From assembly GCA_964252075.1 (NCBI GenBank), contig CAXULY010000002.1:1-64000 (forward strand): a stretch of DNA of 64,000 nucleotides. Direction: 5' to 3'. Made by a program: the position numbers and the translations under genes. The DNA is from an uncultured Deinococcaceae bacterium (GTDB lineage Bacteria; Deinococcota; Deinococci; Deinococcales; Deinococcaceae). The notes under the pieces were generated by a model. It saw only the letters and a list, made by a program, of their open reading frames with translations, had not been told where the DNA came from and searched no databases. Numbering within the stretch: the first letter of the stretch is position 1; each line of letters begins with the position of its first letter. Positions 11,132 through 20,938 of this stretch are shown here, in pieces.

Positions 11132-12001
11132 ATGAGACGCCCCCTCGCCCTCGCCGCCCTGCTCACGCTCGGCGCGGCCCTCGCCACCCAGTACCCCCTC
11201 ACCGTCACGGACGACCTCGGTCGCCGCGTGACCCTCGCGCGCGAACCGCTGCGCATCGTGTCCATGCTGCCCAGCCACACCGAGACGCTCGCCGCGCTCG
11301 GCCTCGCGGACCACCTCATCGCGGTGGACTCGTACTCCAACTACCCGCCGGACGTCGTCGCGCGCCTCCCGAAAGTCGGGAGCGCGTACCACCCGAGCAT
11401 CGAGGCGATCGTGGCGCTCAAGCCAGACCTCGTGCTCGCCGACGAATCCAGCGGCTCACGCCTCACGGAGAAACTCGCGCAGGCGGGCCTCACCGTGTAC
11501 GGCGGCAGCGCGCAGGACTTCGCGGAGGTCTTCGAGAAGATGGAGGTGATCGGGCGGCTCGTGAACCGCGAGGCGAGCGCCACGCGCCTCATCACGCAGG
11601 TGCGCCGCGACCTGAACGACGTGCAGGCCACGCTGCGCGGCGCGACGCCCGTTCCCGTGTACTACGAGGTGGACCCCACCCCCTACACCGCCGGGCCCGA
11701 CAGCTTCATCGGGGCGCTGCTGCAGAAGGCGGGCGGGCGCAACATCATCCCCGCAAACCTCGGCGCCTTCCCGAAGATCAGCCCGGAACTCGTGCTGCGC
11801 GAGCGCCCCACCGTCCTGATCGGCCTCACGCGCGCGGACGCCCTCACCCGCCCTGGCTGGGCGACGATGCCCGCCGTGCAGGCCGGGCGGGTCTTCAAGC
11901 CGACGCCCGAGGAGAACGACGCGCTCTCGCGCCCCGGCCCGCGCCTCGCGCTGGCCCTGCGCGCCCTCGCGCGCTACCTGCACCCCGAACGCTTCAGGTG
12001 A
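11132..12001 (+). CDS. BtuF-like cobalamin ABC substrate-binding protein
   Basis: Signal peptide, [41 protein letters not shown]; in the riboswitch-controlled operon. Confidence 0.85.
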   Translation: MRRPLALAALLTLGAALATQYPLTVTDDLGRRVTLAREPLRIVSMLPSHTETLAALGLADHLIAVDSYSNYPPDVVARLPKVGSAYHPSIEAIVALKPDLVLADESSGSRLTEKLAQAGLTVYGGSAQDFAEVFEKMEVIGRLVNREASATRLITQVRRDLNDVQATLRGATPVPVYYEVDPTPYTAGPDSFIGALLQKAGGRNIIPANLGAFPKISPELVLRERPTVLIGLTRADALTRPGWATMPAVQAGRVFKPTPEENDALSRPGPRLALALRALARYLHPERFR

Positions 12002-12025
12002 GGGCCCGCGGGGCACGCCGCGCGC

Positions 12026-12238
12026 TCAGGTTCCCTGGGTGACGCGGCGGCCCACCACGACCGGTTCCGGGTCGTCACCGACGTACAGCACGCCCACGAT
12101 CCGGTACTGCTCGCGGTTCACCCAGCGGTGCTCCAGCAGGTGAGGCAGGAGCGTGCCGCGGGGAAACTCCAGCAGGAACAGGCCCGCGGACTGCTCGGGC
12201 CCCCACTGTCGCACTATCGCCTCAGCCCCAGTCGCCAT
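12026..12238 (-). CDS. small hypothetical protein
   Basis: 70-aa ORF with plausible composition. Confidence 0.45.
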   Translation of the reverse strand: MATGAEAIVRQWGPEQSAGLFLLEFPRGTLLPHLLEHRWVNREQYRIVGVLYVGDDPEPVVVGRRVTQGT

Positions 12239-12580
12239 GCGTCAATCTGGCAGGACCCGGGGCAGACTGTATCTGAAAACCCATAATTGACCTGAAGTGA
12301 ACCATCACTGGCCCGCAAAACGACGGAATGGGGACATGAAGGGGATCGCGCGGCACTGGACCGCTGGAGTTATGGGGTGGCACATCACATTGGGTTCCGG
12401 GTCCCCTCGTACAGGCGCCCGGGCGATAGCAGCCGTGTTTACGCACCGCTTTTCCGCTTCTTACTTTGCAAACGTTAAGTCTGATGGGCCACGGTCGGCG
12501 CGCTTGCCCTCCTGGAGCGGGCTCACCCCTCAGCCTCCCGCATCAAAGAGGACTCATCCTGGCTGGTTACGGTGTGGCGC

Positions 12581-12892
12581 ATGGAGGCCTTGGAGACGCT
12601 GAAGCTGGAACTCGCCTGGGTACAGCGTGACATGGCGAGCGCGACGTCGCTCCTCGCGGCGCGCGAATCCACCCCTCAGGGTCGCCCCACCGGACGCGGG
12701 GACATCGGCCGCGCCATCCGCGCGGCGCGGCGTCAACTCGACCAGTGCCAGGTGGCGCTCGACGACCTCGTGGTGCTGGTGGCGGCCATGCCGGACCGCG
12801 CGGTCGTCGTGCACCTCCGCGCCATACTGGCCGACGTCCGGTCCCGCATCGCCACCGCGAAGGAACAGCTGTTCCTGTGCCTGCAGCCGTGA
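12581..12892 (+). CDS. hypothetical helical-bundle protein
   Basis: Amphipathic helices, GC3-rich codons. Confidence 0.55.
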   Translation: MEALETLKLELAWVQRDMASATSLLAARESTPQGRPTGRGDIGRAIRAARRQLDQCQVALDDLVVLVAAMPDRAVVVHLRAILADVRSRIATAKEQLFLCLQP

Positions 12893-13180
12893 ACCCCCGC
12901 ACGTAACCGCGGGCGGTCACGCGCACCCGCAGGGGGCACATGTGGGCGTTCGAGGGTCACGTGAAGGAGGGCCGTGCCGTCCGTTTGGTCCAACGCGCGT
13001 GACGTGGCGCTCTCCCACTGCCGTGATCCCATCCACACAAGCGAAATACCGCTCACCGTTCAGAAAACCGGCGCATCTTTGAGGAATCATGAAGCACTCA
13101 CTCAGATGGCTTCAAGACACGATGAAAATCCCAGCTGACAGCTGAAAAACCAAACGTCGCGCGGAGGCATAACATGAGGT

Positions 13181-13591
13181 GTGCCTGAGCGACTTCTCTC
13201 CACCTCCACCCATATTCGCATCGCTCGGCCTTCCCGGAACCTGCAGGACATCGAGCGGTTCTACGTGCAGGGCCTCGGCATGAGCGTCCTGTACAAGAAC
13301 CACGGCTACGATGAGTTCGCCGCGATCACCATCGTGGGTCTGCCAGGCGCCGTGTGGCACCTGGAATTCACGCGGGCGCATGCGCACGCCCCCATCCCCA
13401 CCCCAACCGAAGAGGACCTGCTCGTGCTGTACCTTGGGACGCCCCCCAGCGAGGCGCTGCTCACGAAACTTGATGAGCACGGCGGCACGCGCGTGCAGGC
13501 CATGAACCCGTACTGGACGCGGTGGGGCGTGACCGTGCAGGACCCGGACGGGTACCGGCTGGTCCTGTCGCACCGCCGCTGGGATGCCTGA
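13181..13591 (+). CDS. VOC/glyoxalase family protein (YycE-like)
   Basis: IRIARPS, FYVQGLG, WHLEFT, EDLLVLY, NPYW...GVTVQDPDGYRLVL. Confidence 0.85.
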   Translation: MPERLLSTSTHIRIARPSRNLQDIERFYVQGLGMSVLYKNHGYDEFAAITIVGLPGAVWHLEFTRAHAHAPIPTPTEEDLLVLYLGTPPSEALLTKLDEHGGTRVQAMNPYWTRWGVTVQDPDGYRLVLSHRRWDA

Positions 13592-13603
13592 AGGCGCTGC
13601 GCC

Positions 13604-14164
13604 TCAGGCGCCCGCGTCCTCGCCGTCGTGAAGGACGGTCAACCACCACGCCCGCACCTCGTCCTGGTCCGGCTCGATCTGCTGCAACTGCGCCTCGAAC
13701 GCGTCAGCGGTGAGGTCCCCGGTCGTCCGCGCGTGGAGCGCCGTGAGAACCTCCAGGAAATTTGCGATGCTGGACGCCACCGGCTGGGCTTCGCCCGTCT
13801 CGTCATCCACGGGTTCCAGGCTGCCCTGCGCCCACAGCTGCACGGGGCACACCTCCGCCGTCCCGGCGACGTCCACGAGGTACGTCCAGCCGTCCGGCGC
13901 GTCCGCCAGGATCAGCCAGTGGTCGTCCCACGCCTGCGCGGCCCCAGCTGGTGGGCCGTCCGGCACGCCGAACCCCACGCGGTCCGCACCCCACAGCGTC
14001 ACGCCGCCGCGCCCGTCGTCGAAGCGAACGGCCCGCGCCGGAACGGTGGAGCGCAGGTACTCCGTGAGTTCCCGCGCGAGCGGCGCGTCGAACTGCTGCT
14101 GAATGCGGTCCACGAGCGCGTCCCCGCCGCCCGTGAACGCGTCGGTCTGATCGGCGTCCGTCAT
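13604..14164 (-). CDS. SMI1/KNR4 (SUKH)-like protein
   Basis: WLILADAPDGWTYLVD...CPV...VASSIANFLEVL matches the SUKH C-terminal pattern; TACGAT box 6 nt before ATG. Confidence 0.6.
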   Translation of the reverse strand: MTDADQTDAFTGGGDALVDRIQQQFDAPLARELTEYLRSTVPARAVRFDDGRGGVTLWGADRVGFGVPDGPPAGAAQAWDDHWLILADAPDGWTYLVDVAGTAEVCPVQLWAQGSLEPVDDETGEAQPVASSIANFLEVLTALHARTTGDLTADAFEAQLQQIEPDQDEVRAWWLTVLHDGEDAGA

Positions 14165-14247
14165 GCCCGCATCGTACCCATTCGCGCCGCCCGGCGGCGC
14201 GTCCCGGACCGCGCGCCCGGTGGTATGTTGGCCGCAAAGGAGTCCCC

Positions 14248-16209
14248 ATGAGCGAGCAGGACAAGGCCGTGCTGCCCTACGGCGCGTGGCCCTCGGACAT
14301 CACGCCCGACACCATCACGGCGTCCACCGTGCACTTCAATGACGTCATGGTGGACGGCGAGGACGTGTACTGGCTGGAGACGCGCGCCAGCGACGGCGGC
14401 CGCAGCGTGCTGGTGCGGCGCGCGCCGGACGGCGGGATCACCGACGTCACGCCCGCCCCGCACAACGTCCGCACGCGCGTGCACGAGTACGGCGGGCGCT
14501 GCGCGCTCGTGGTGGGCGGCACGGCGTACTTCAGTGAGCGCGGCGACGACCGCCTGTACCGCCTCGCGCCGGGCGGGACACCCACGCCCATCACCCCGCC
14601 GCTCGACGTGCGGTACGCCGACCCCACGCACGACGCCCGGCGCGAGCGGCTGATCGTGGTGCGCGAGGACCACCGCGCGCCCGGCGTGGAAGCCACGAGC
14701 GCCCTCGTCGCGGTCGATACCGGCGGCGGGAACGCCGACGGGGGCGTGATCCTGGCGTCCGGCGCGGACTTCTACGCCGCGCCGCGCCTCAGCCCGGACA
14801 GCACGCACCTCGCGTGGATGGAGTGGGACCACCCGAACATGCCGTGGGACGCGACGCGCCTGATGCTCGCGCGCGTCGCGGAGGACGGCACGCTGCGCGA
14901 CGCGCGCGCCGTGGCGGGCGGCCCGCACGAGTCTGCCCTGGAGCCCCGCTGGTCGCCGGGCGGCACGCTGCACTTCGCGTCCGACCGCAGCGGCTGGTGG
15001 AACCTGTACCGCCTGGACGACCAGGGCGACGTGACGCCGCTGCTCGCCCTGGACGCGGAATTCAGCCGCCCGCACTGGCAGTTCGGGCTCTCGCAGTTCA
15101 CCTTCCTGACCGACGACCGCCTGGTGTGCGCCTACGACCAGGGCGGCGCCACGCACCTCGCCGCACTGGAGCGCGGCGCGGACCGCTGGGCCCTGCGCCC
15201 GCTCGCGCTGCCCTTCACGTCCGCCGCGCACCTGCACGCGCAGGGCGACCGGGTCGTGCTGATCGCGGGCGCGCCGGACCGCGCGCCGTGCATCGCGCGC
15301 ATCCAGCCGGGCGGAGCGGTGGAGGTGCTGCGCGAATCCAGCACCTTCACCCTGCCGCAGGGTGACCTGAGCGTGCCGGAAGCCATCGAGTTCCCCACGG
15401 CGGGCGGCGTGACCGCGCACGCCTTCCTGTACCGCCCGAGGAGCGCGCGCGTGCGCGGACCGGACGGCGAGCGCCCGCCCCTCATCGTGATGAGTCACGG
15501 CGGCCCGACCAGCGCGGCGCAGGCGGTGCTTGACCCCAGCGTGCAGTACTGGACGACGCGCGGCTTCGCGGTGCTGGACGTGAACTACGGCGGGTCCACG
15601 GGCTTCGGGCGGGCCTACCGCGAGCGCCTGAACGGCGAGTGGGGCGTGGTGGACGTGCAGGACTGCGTGAACGCCGCGCGTTTCGTCGCGGCGCGCGGGG
15701 ACGTGGACGAGCACCGCATGGCCATCACGGGCGGCAGCGCGGGCGGTTACACCACCCTGTGCGCCCTGACCTTCCACGACACCTTCGCGGCGGGCGCCAG
15801 CCATTACGGCGTGAGTGACGTGGCGGCCCTCGCGCGCGACACGCACAAGTTCGAGAGCCGCTACATGGACAGCATGATCGGCCCGTACCCGCAGGAGCAG
15901 GCGCGGTATGAAGCGCGCTCCCCGATTCACTTCACGGCGCGCCTCACGCGCCCGGTGGTGTTCTTCCAGGGGCTGGAGGACCGCGTGGTGCCGCCGGATC
16001 AGGCGCGCAGCATGTTCGAGGCGGTGCGCGCGCGCGGACTCCCCACCGCCCTCGTGGAGTTCGAGGGCGAAGGGCACGGCTTCCTGCGCGCCGAGAACAT
16101 CCGGCGCGCCCTGGAGGGCGAACTGCTGTTCTACGGGCAGGTGTTCGGCTTCACGCCGCCAGGCGTCACCACCACCCTCGACATCCAGAACCTGCGCGCG
16201 GCGCCGTGA
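14248..16209 (+). CDS. S9 family (prolyl oligopeptidase/acylaminoacyl) peptidase
   Basis: PYGAWPS, HGGPT, nucleophile GGSAGG, QGLEDRVV, EGEGHGF; AAGGAG RBS. Confidence 0.93.
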   Translation: MSEQDKAVLPYGAWPSDITPDTITASTVHFNDVMVDGEDVYWLETRASDGGRSVLVRRAPDGGITDVTPAPHNVRTRVHEYGGRCALVVGGTAYFSERGDDRLYRLAPGGTPTPITPPLDVRYADPTHDARRERLIVVREDHRAPGVEATSALVAVDTGGGNADGGVILASGADFYAAPRLSPDSTHLAWMEWDHPNMPWDATRLMLARVAEDGTLRDARAVAGGPHESALEPRWSPGGTLHFASDRSGWWNLYRLDDQGDVTPLLALDAEFSRPHWQFGLSQFTFLTDDRLVCAYDQGGATHLAALERGADRWALRPLALPFTSAAHLHAQGDRVVLIAGAPDRAPCIARIQPGGAVEVLRESSTFTLPQGDLSVPEAIEFPTAGGVTAHAFLYRPRSARVRGPDGERPPLIVMSHGGPTSAAQAVLDPSVQYWTTRGFAVLDVNYGGSTGFGRAYRERLNGEWGVVDVQDCVNAARFVAARGDVDEHRMAITGGSAGGYTTLCALTFHDTFAAGASHYGVSDVAALARDTHKFESRYMDSMIGPYPQEQARYEARSPIHFTARLTRPVVFFQGLEDRVVPPDQARSMFEAVRARGLPTALVEFEGEGHGFLRAENIRRALEGELLFYGQVFGFTPPGVTTTLDIQNLRAAP

Positions 16210-16270
16210 GCCACACCCCCTCCGCCAAAAGGAGGACGCCCCGTGCACCCCGCGCGGATACGGTACACGC

Positions 16271-17173
16271 ATGCTGAAACCCACCCTCTGGCCGGTCCTG
16301 CTCGCGGCGCTGTCCTCCGGCGCGCTCGCCGCGACGCACACCACCAACCACCACTACCCCGCCGCGCAGGTGCAGGCGCTGAAGGTGAACGTGGACTTCC
16401 ACGACGTGGACATTCAGGTGGCGTCCGTCCCGGAGGTGACCGTCACGGTGAACACCACCGTGACGGGCTTCGTCACGAACGCCGCGCGCCTCGAACCGCA
16501 CGTCACGCTGAGTGGCGGCACCGTGCTGATCCGGCCGGACAACGCCCTGAGGCTCAACATTCAGCTGGGGTCCTTCTCCGGCCGCGTGGTCGTCCGCGTG
16601 CCCGCCGGACGGTCCCTGGACGTGCAGACCGACTCCGGGCACTGCACCGTGCGCGGCGCGGCCACCCGCGCGCGCGTGCGCTGCACCACGGACTCCGGGC
16701 ACATCGAGGTGACCGCACCCGCCGACGCCGTGACGGCCACCTCGGACTCCGGGAGCATGGAACTCACGGGCGGCGCACCCACCATCACCGCGCGCACGGA
16801 CTCTGGCGGCATCACGGTGCAGCGCGGCGGCTCGGTCACCGCGCGCAGCGACTCCGGCCGCATCACGCTGCACGCGCTGAGCGGACCACTCAGCGCGAAC
16901 AGCGACTCGGGCTCCATCCGGGCCGACTGGCTGCGCGCGCCCGCGCGCGGCCGCGTGCAGGTAAGCACCGAATCCGGCGACGTCGCCCTCACCTTCCCGG
17001 CCGGCACGGTGTTGGGCGGCGCGCTGCGCACGGACTCCGGGCACCTGTCCGTCACGCAGGCGGACGGGCGCCGCGTGGATGGGCGGGGCACCCCGCTGTC
17101 GCTGGGCGACGCGCCCCTGCAGGTGCGGGCGTCCACCGACTCCGGCAGCATCGACGTGCGCGCGGACCGCTGA
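16271..17173 (+). CDS. secreted DUF4097-type beta-strand repeat protein
   Basis: Signal peptide and about nine (T/S)(D/E)SG repeats. Confidence 0.8.
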   Translation: MLKPTLWPVLLAALSSGALAATHTTNHHYPAAQVQALKVNVDFHDVDIQVASVPEVTVTVNTTVTGFVTNAARLEPHVTLSGGTVLIRPDNALRLNIQLGSFSGRVVVRVPAGRSLDVQTDSGHCTVRGAATRARVRCTTDSGHIEVTAPADAVTATSDSGSMELTGGAPTITARTDSGGITVQRGGSVTARSDSGRITLHALSGPLSANSDSGSIRADWLRAPARGRVQVSTESGDVALTFPAGTVLGGALRTDSGHLSVTQADGRRVDGRGTPLSLGDAPLQVRASTDSGSIDVRADR

Positions 17174-17184
17174 CCGGGCTCGGT

Positions 17185-17220
17185 ATGGGGGTGCACGCCT
17201 GAGCTGGCGTGCACCCCCAT
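17185..17220. terminator. 15-bp stem hairpin between convergent genes
   Basis: ATGGGGGTGCACGCC-TGAGCT-GGCGTGCACCCCCAT. Confidence 0.65.
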
Positions 17221-17492
17221 GCGCTCTGGCGCCCGGTGGCCGGGCACAGGCCACCAGGCACTGATCGGGTCTGAGGCCGGGCGGTGCGAGGGCTGAACGT
17301 CAGGCCCCCCGCTAACCACGAACGTACCTTAATGCGGCGTGGTCTCAGTCCTCGTTTTGCTCCCAGGCGCCACAACGGGCTGAAGTCAACCTCTGGCCGT
17401 CGTACCGTCAGGACACGGCGTGGTGCGGATCGACGCCGACCAGTCGGACGGAGGGGCGTACGATCTCGCCCCTCCGTCCCGCGCCTGAAAGG

Positions 17493-19028
17493 TCAGGCGC
17501 TGCGGTCCCGCACCTGCGGCGTCTGGGGCATGCGGTGGTACTGCTCCGTGAGGCGCCGCAGGTCCAGCGCGCGCTGCTGCGTGAAGTCATCCGCGGACGC
17601 GCGCCACGTCCAGTTGCGCTCGCCGAGCGTGCCCGGCAGATTCATGCGCGCCTCGGTGCCCAGGTTCAGCAGGTCCTGCAGCGGCACCACCGCCGTGCGC
17701 GCGCGGGACGCCCACGCGAGTTCCACGAGTTGCGGTGCGATGGTGTCCTCCTTGGCTTTCGGCAGGTACGTCAGGACGTGCGCGCGCTCCTCCGCCCCGA
17801 GGCTCAGCCACCAGCCGCGCGTGGTGTCGTTGTCGTGCGTGCCGGTGTACACCACGCGGTTCTCCTGGATGTTCTCCGGGAGATAATCGCTCTCGCTCCA
17901 GTCGCCGCCGCCGAACGCGAACTGCAGGACCGCCATGCCCGGGAACTGAAAGTCATCGCGCAGGGCCTCCACGGTGGGCGTGATGAGGCCCAGGTCCTCC
18001 GCGATGATGGGCAGGTCCCCCAGCGCCTTCAGCACCGCGCGGAAGAGCGCGTGGCCGGGCGCGTCCAGCCACTCGCCGTTCACGGCCGTCTCCTCCTGCG
18101 CGGGCACCGCCCAGTACGCGTCGAAGCCGCGGAAGTGATCGATGCGCAGCACGTCGTACAGGCGCAGGTTCGCGCGGAAGCGCGCGATCCACCACTGGAA
18201 GCCGTCCTGCTGCATGGCGTCCCAGCGGTACAGCGGGTTGCCCCACAGCTGCCCCGTCTCGGAGAAGAAGTCGGGTGGGACGCCCGCCACGATGGTGGGC
18301 TGTCCGTCCTCGTCGAAGCAGAACTGCGGCTGGTTCGCCCACGCGTCGGCGCTGTCGAGCGCCACGAAGATCGGGATGTCCCCGATCACCTGCACGCCGC
18401 GCGCGCGGGCGTGCGCGTGCAGGGCGTCCCACTGCCGGAAGAACAGCCACTGCACGAAGGCGTAGTACTCCGTTTCCGCCTGGAGTTGCGCCGCCCAGCG
18501 CTGCATCGCGGCGGGCTCGCGGCGGCGGATGTCGGGCGCCCAGGCGTTCCATGGTTGCCCGTCGTGCGCGTCCTTGAGCGCCATGAACAGCGCGTAGTCC
18601 GTGAGCCACGCCGCTTCCCGCTCGCGGAACGCCTCCGCTTCGCGCGCGAGCGCTTCCGGCGCGTGCGTCTGGAAGCGCTGGAAGGCCTTGTGCAGCAGCT
18701 CGTGGCGCCACTGGAACTGCAGGGCGTAATCCACGCGCGTGTCGTCAAAGGCGGGGAGGTCGTTGAGGTCCGCGTCCTGCAGCAGTCCGTCCTCGCGCAG
18801 CGCGTCAACGGAAATCAGGTAAGGGTTTCCCGCGAAGGCGCTGAAGGCCTGGTAGGGGCTGTCCCCGTACCCGGTGGGGGCGAGGGGCATCATCTGCCAG
18901 TAGCGCTGGCCGGCGGACGCCAGCCAGTCCACGAAGGCGTAGGCGGGAGCGCCGAATTCACCGATGCCGTAGGGGCCCGGCAGGGACGTGACGTGCAGCA
19001 GCACGCCACCGGAACGATCGAGGGCCAT
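17493..19028 (-). CDS. malQ: 4-alpha-glucanotransferase (amylomaltase, GH77)
   Basis: GVLLHVTSLP, GDIPIFV, QLWGNPLY, RIDHFRGF, IIAEDLG, YTGTHDNDT; TACAGT 7 nt before ATG. Confidence 0.95.
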   Translation of the reverse strand: MALDRSGGVLLHVTSLPGPYGIGEFGAPAYAFVDWLASAGQRYWQMMPLAPTGYGDSPYQAFSAFAGNPYLISVDALREDGLLQDADLNDLPAFDDTRVDYALQFQWRHELLHKAFQRFQTHAPEALAREAEAFREREAAWLTDYALFMALKDAHDGQPWNAWAPDIRRREPAAMQRWAAQLQAETEYYAFVQWLFFRQWDALHAHARARGVQVIGDIPIFVALDSADAWANQPQFCFDEDGQPTIVAGVPPDFFSETGQLWGNPLYRWDAMQQDGFQWWIARFRANLRLYDVLRIDHFRGFDAYWAVPAQEETAVNGEWLDAPGHALFRAVLKALGDLPIIAEDLGLITPTVEALRDDFQFPGMAVLQFAFGGGDWSESDYLPENIQENRVVYTGTHDNDTTRGWWLSLGAEERAHVLTYLPKAKEDTIAPQLVELAWASRARTAVVPLQDLLNLGTEARMNLPGTLGERNWTWRASADDFTQQRALDLRRLTEQYHRMPQTPQVRDRSA

Positions 19029-19260
19029 GATGCGGACTGTAGCAACGCGCCGCGGCGCGCGGCTGCCAGCTCCGTGCAGGTGCGTTGAGGGCTTCCTCAC
19101 CCCACCTGTGACGCAGCGTGAGGGACCTTCACCGAGGGATTGAGGCGCCCCAGGGGTTGCGGGTGCCTGCGGCGCTGGGGAGTGTGGGGCACCGTCTACC
19201 TGAGAACCTGTTCAGATACCATGGCGTCCCGACGCAGACAGGCGCCCCCTCTCAACCCTG

Positions 19261-19588
19261 GACTATGCGGAGGCGGCCGTCGTGGTGTTCTTCGCCCTTG
19301 GCGAGTTCTTGGAAAAGGTCGCGGTCGCGCAGCGGCCTCAAGGCGCTCGCGGCCCTCTCGCCGCACGCGACAGCGCCCATGAATGTCGCCGCAAACCCCA
19401 CGCGCGTGCGGCCACTGTCCGCGCTGGCCGCCACGGAGGTGTGCGTGCATGACCTTGTGGTCGTGGCGGACATCAGCGGGTCCGCCGCCAGCCATCAGTT
19501 GCGGCTCCTCAAGCGCACCATGTACCACCTCACGGACGCGCACGTGACGCTGCTGACCGCCAGCGCCCTGGCGCACGCGTGGAAGTGA
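19261..19588 (+). pseudogene. collapsed remnants of a P1B heavy-metal ATPase (CadA/ZntA-like) and an ArsR/SmtB repressor
   Basis: Fragments DYAEAAVVVFFALGEFLE and GLKALAALSP (P1B-ATPase membrane segment), then NPTRVRPLSALAATEVCVHDL...SAASHQLRLLK...YHLTDAHV (ArsR, internally deleted). Confidence 0.65.
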
Positions 19589-19595
19589 TCGCGCT

Positions 19596-20654
19596 TCAGG
19601 CGCGCGCCGCGGCGATCAGGCCCGCCAGTCCCAGCAGGTACAGGACCAGCACGGCCAGCGAATCCACCCCCATGCCCAGCACGCGCCGCGTGGGGCGCAC
19701 GATCAGCCCGAACAGGTACGCGCCCGTCAAGAGCACCCCGAGCGCCGCCAGGTACACGTCGGCGTGCTGCGCCCTCGGCAGGACCGCCGAACCGGAAATC
19801 AGCGCGGCGGGCAGGAACAGCGCGGGCAGGAAGGCGTTCCCGCCGAAGATGTCGCTGACGGCCAGTTCGTCATTCCCCAGGCGCGTCGCGGCGAGGCCCG
19901 TGGAGATCTCCGGCAGGGCGGTGGCGGCCGCCAGGACCGTCGCGCCGAACAGCACGCCCGACAGCCCAATGTGACGCGCGAGAATCTCGCCGCTCTGTTC
20001 CAGCACCACGCCGCCCGCGAGCGTCACGAGCGCCGCGATCACGAACACCACTGCGGCCCGCGCGGTGCTCATGCGGGACCGGCGTGCGTCCGGCGCCGTC
20101 TGCGCGGGTGGCGTGTCGTCCTGCCGCCGCGCCTCTGGGGCGACCGCGCGCCATGGCAGGCCCTTGCGGGCGCGGCCCAGCAGCCACACGCCGAGCAGCC
20201 ACACCACGAACACCAGCGTCGCGCCCGGCGCGAAGCCATGAAACACCAGCGAGTCCGGCAGCTGCGTGCCCATGATCGCCACGCCCAGCACCACCATGAC
20301 GAGCGCGGCCTCCAGGGCGGGTTCCAGCGTGCGGGCGCGCGCCATGAGCGGCGCGCCGCGGCGGCGGCCCACCACGTCCAGCAGCACCAGCACCAGGGTC
20401 TGGACGGCGATGCCGCCCAGCAGGTTCCCCACCGCGATGTCGAGGTGATGCTGGCGCGCCGCGCTCACCGTGATGGCGATCTCCGGGAGGTTCGTGGCGA
20501 CCGCCAGCAGGATCAGGCCGCCCAGCGCGGAACCGAGGTGCAGGCGTTCGGCGAGCACGTCGGTGGTGCTCGACAGGGAGACGCCCGCGATCCACACCGC
20601 CACCGCCGCCGCCACGAACGCCGCCAGGAGGACCGGCAGGGACAGGGACGCCAT
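19596..20654 (-). CDS. sodium:calcium antiporter (CaCA/YrbG family)
   Basis: Two alpha repeats: ATNLPE...GNLLG and ATALPE...SDIFGGN; about 10 TM segments. Confidence 0.88.
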   Translation of the reverse strand: MASLSLPVLLAAFVAAAVAVWIAGVSLSSTTDVLAERLHLGSALGGLILLAVATNLPEIAITVSAARQHHLDIAVGNLLGGIAVQTLVLVLLDVVGRRRGAPLMARARTLEPALEAALVMVVLGVAIMGTQLPDSLVFHGFAPGATLVFVVWLLGVWLLGRARKGLPWRAVAPEARRQDDTPPAQTAPDARRSRMSTARAAVVFVIAALVTLAGGVVLEQSGEILARHIGLSGVLFGATVLAAATALPEISTGLAATRLGNDELAVSDIFGGNAFLPALFLPAALISGSAVLPRAQHADVYLAALGVLLTGAYLFGLIVRPTRRVLGMGVDSLAVLVLYLLGLAGLIAAARA

Positions 20655-20938
20655 GCCCCGCACTGTACGCTCGCGCCCGCCCGGCTCGCCCCACCCGTTC
20701 CTTCATGGACGCCCGGTCGGGCGAGGCGCGAGAACGCGGCCCACCCAGCAGGGGGTGGGCCGCGCGCCTCAGGCGTTCATCGCCTGGGCTCCGTCACGGA
20801 AGGTCGTCCATCAGCGTGGGCAGGGTGATTCCGCCCGTGGGGCGAGGCGCCCCACCGCACCTGCGGGACCGCGCGCCGACACCTAAGTGTCGGCGCGCCT
20901 GCCACCTTGTGCGGGGCGAAGTGCCCGCGCTGCGCCCT

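Noticed and set aside
16620..17160. Repeated GACTCCGG units as a possible CRISPR or DNA repeat array
   Set aside because: They encode the (T/S)DSG protein repeats inside a CDS; too short and no cas genes.
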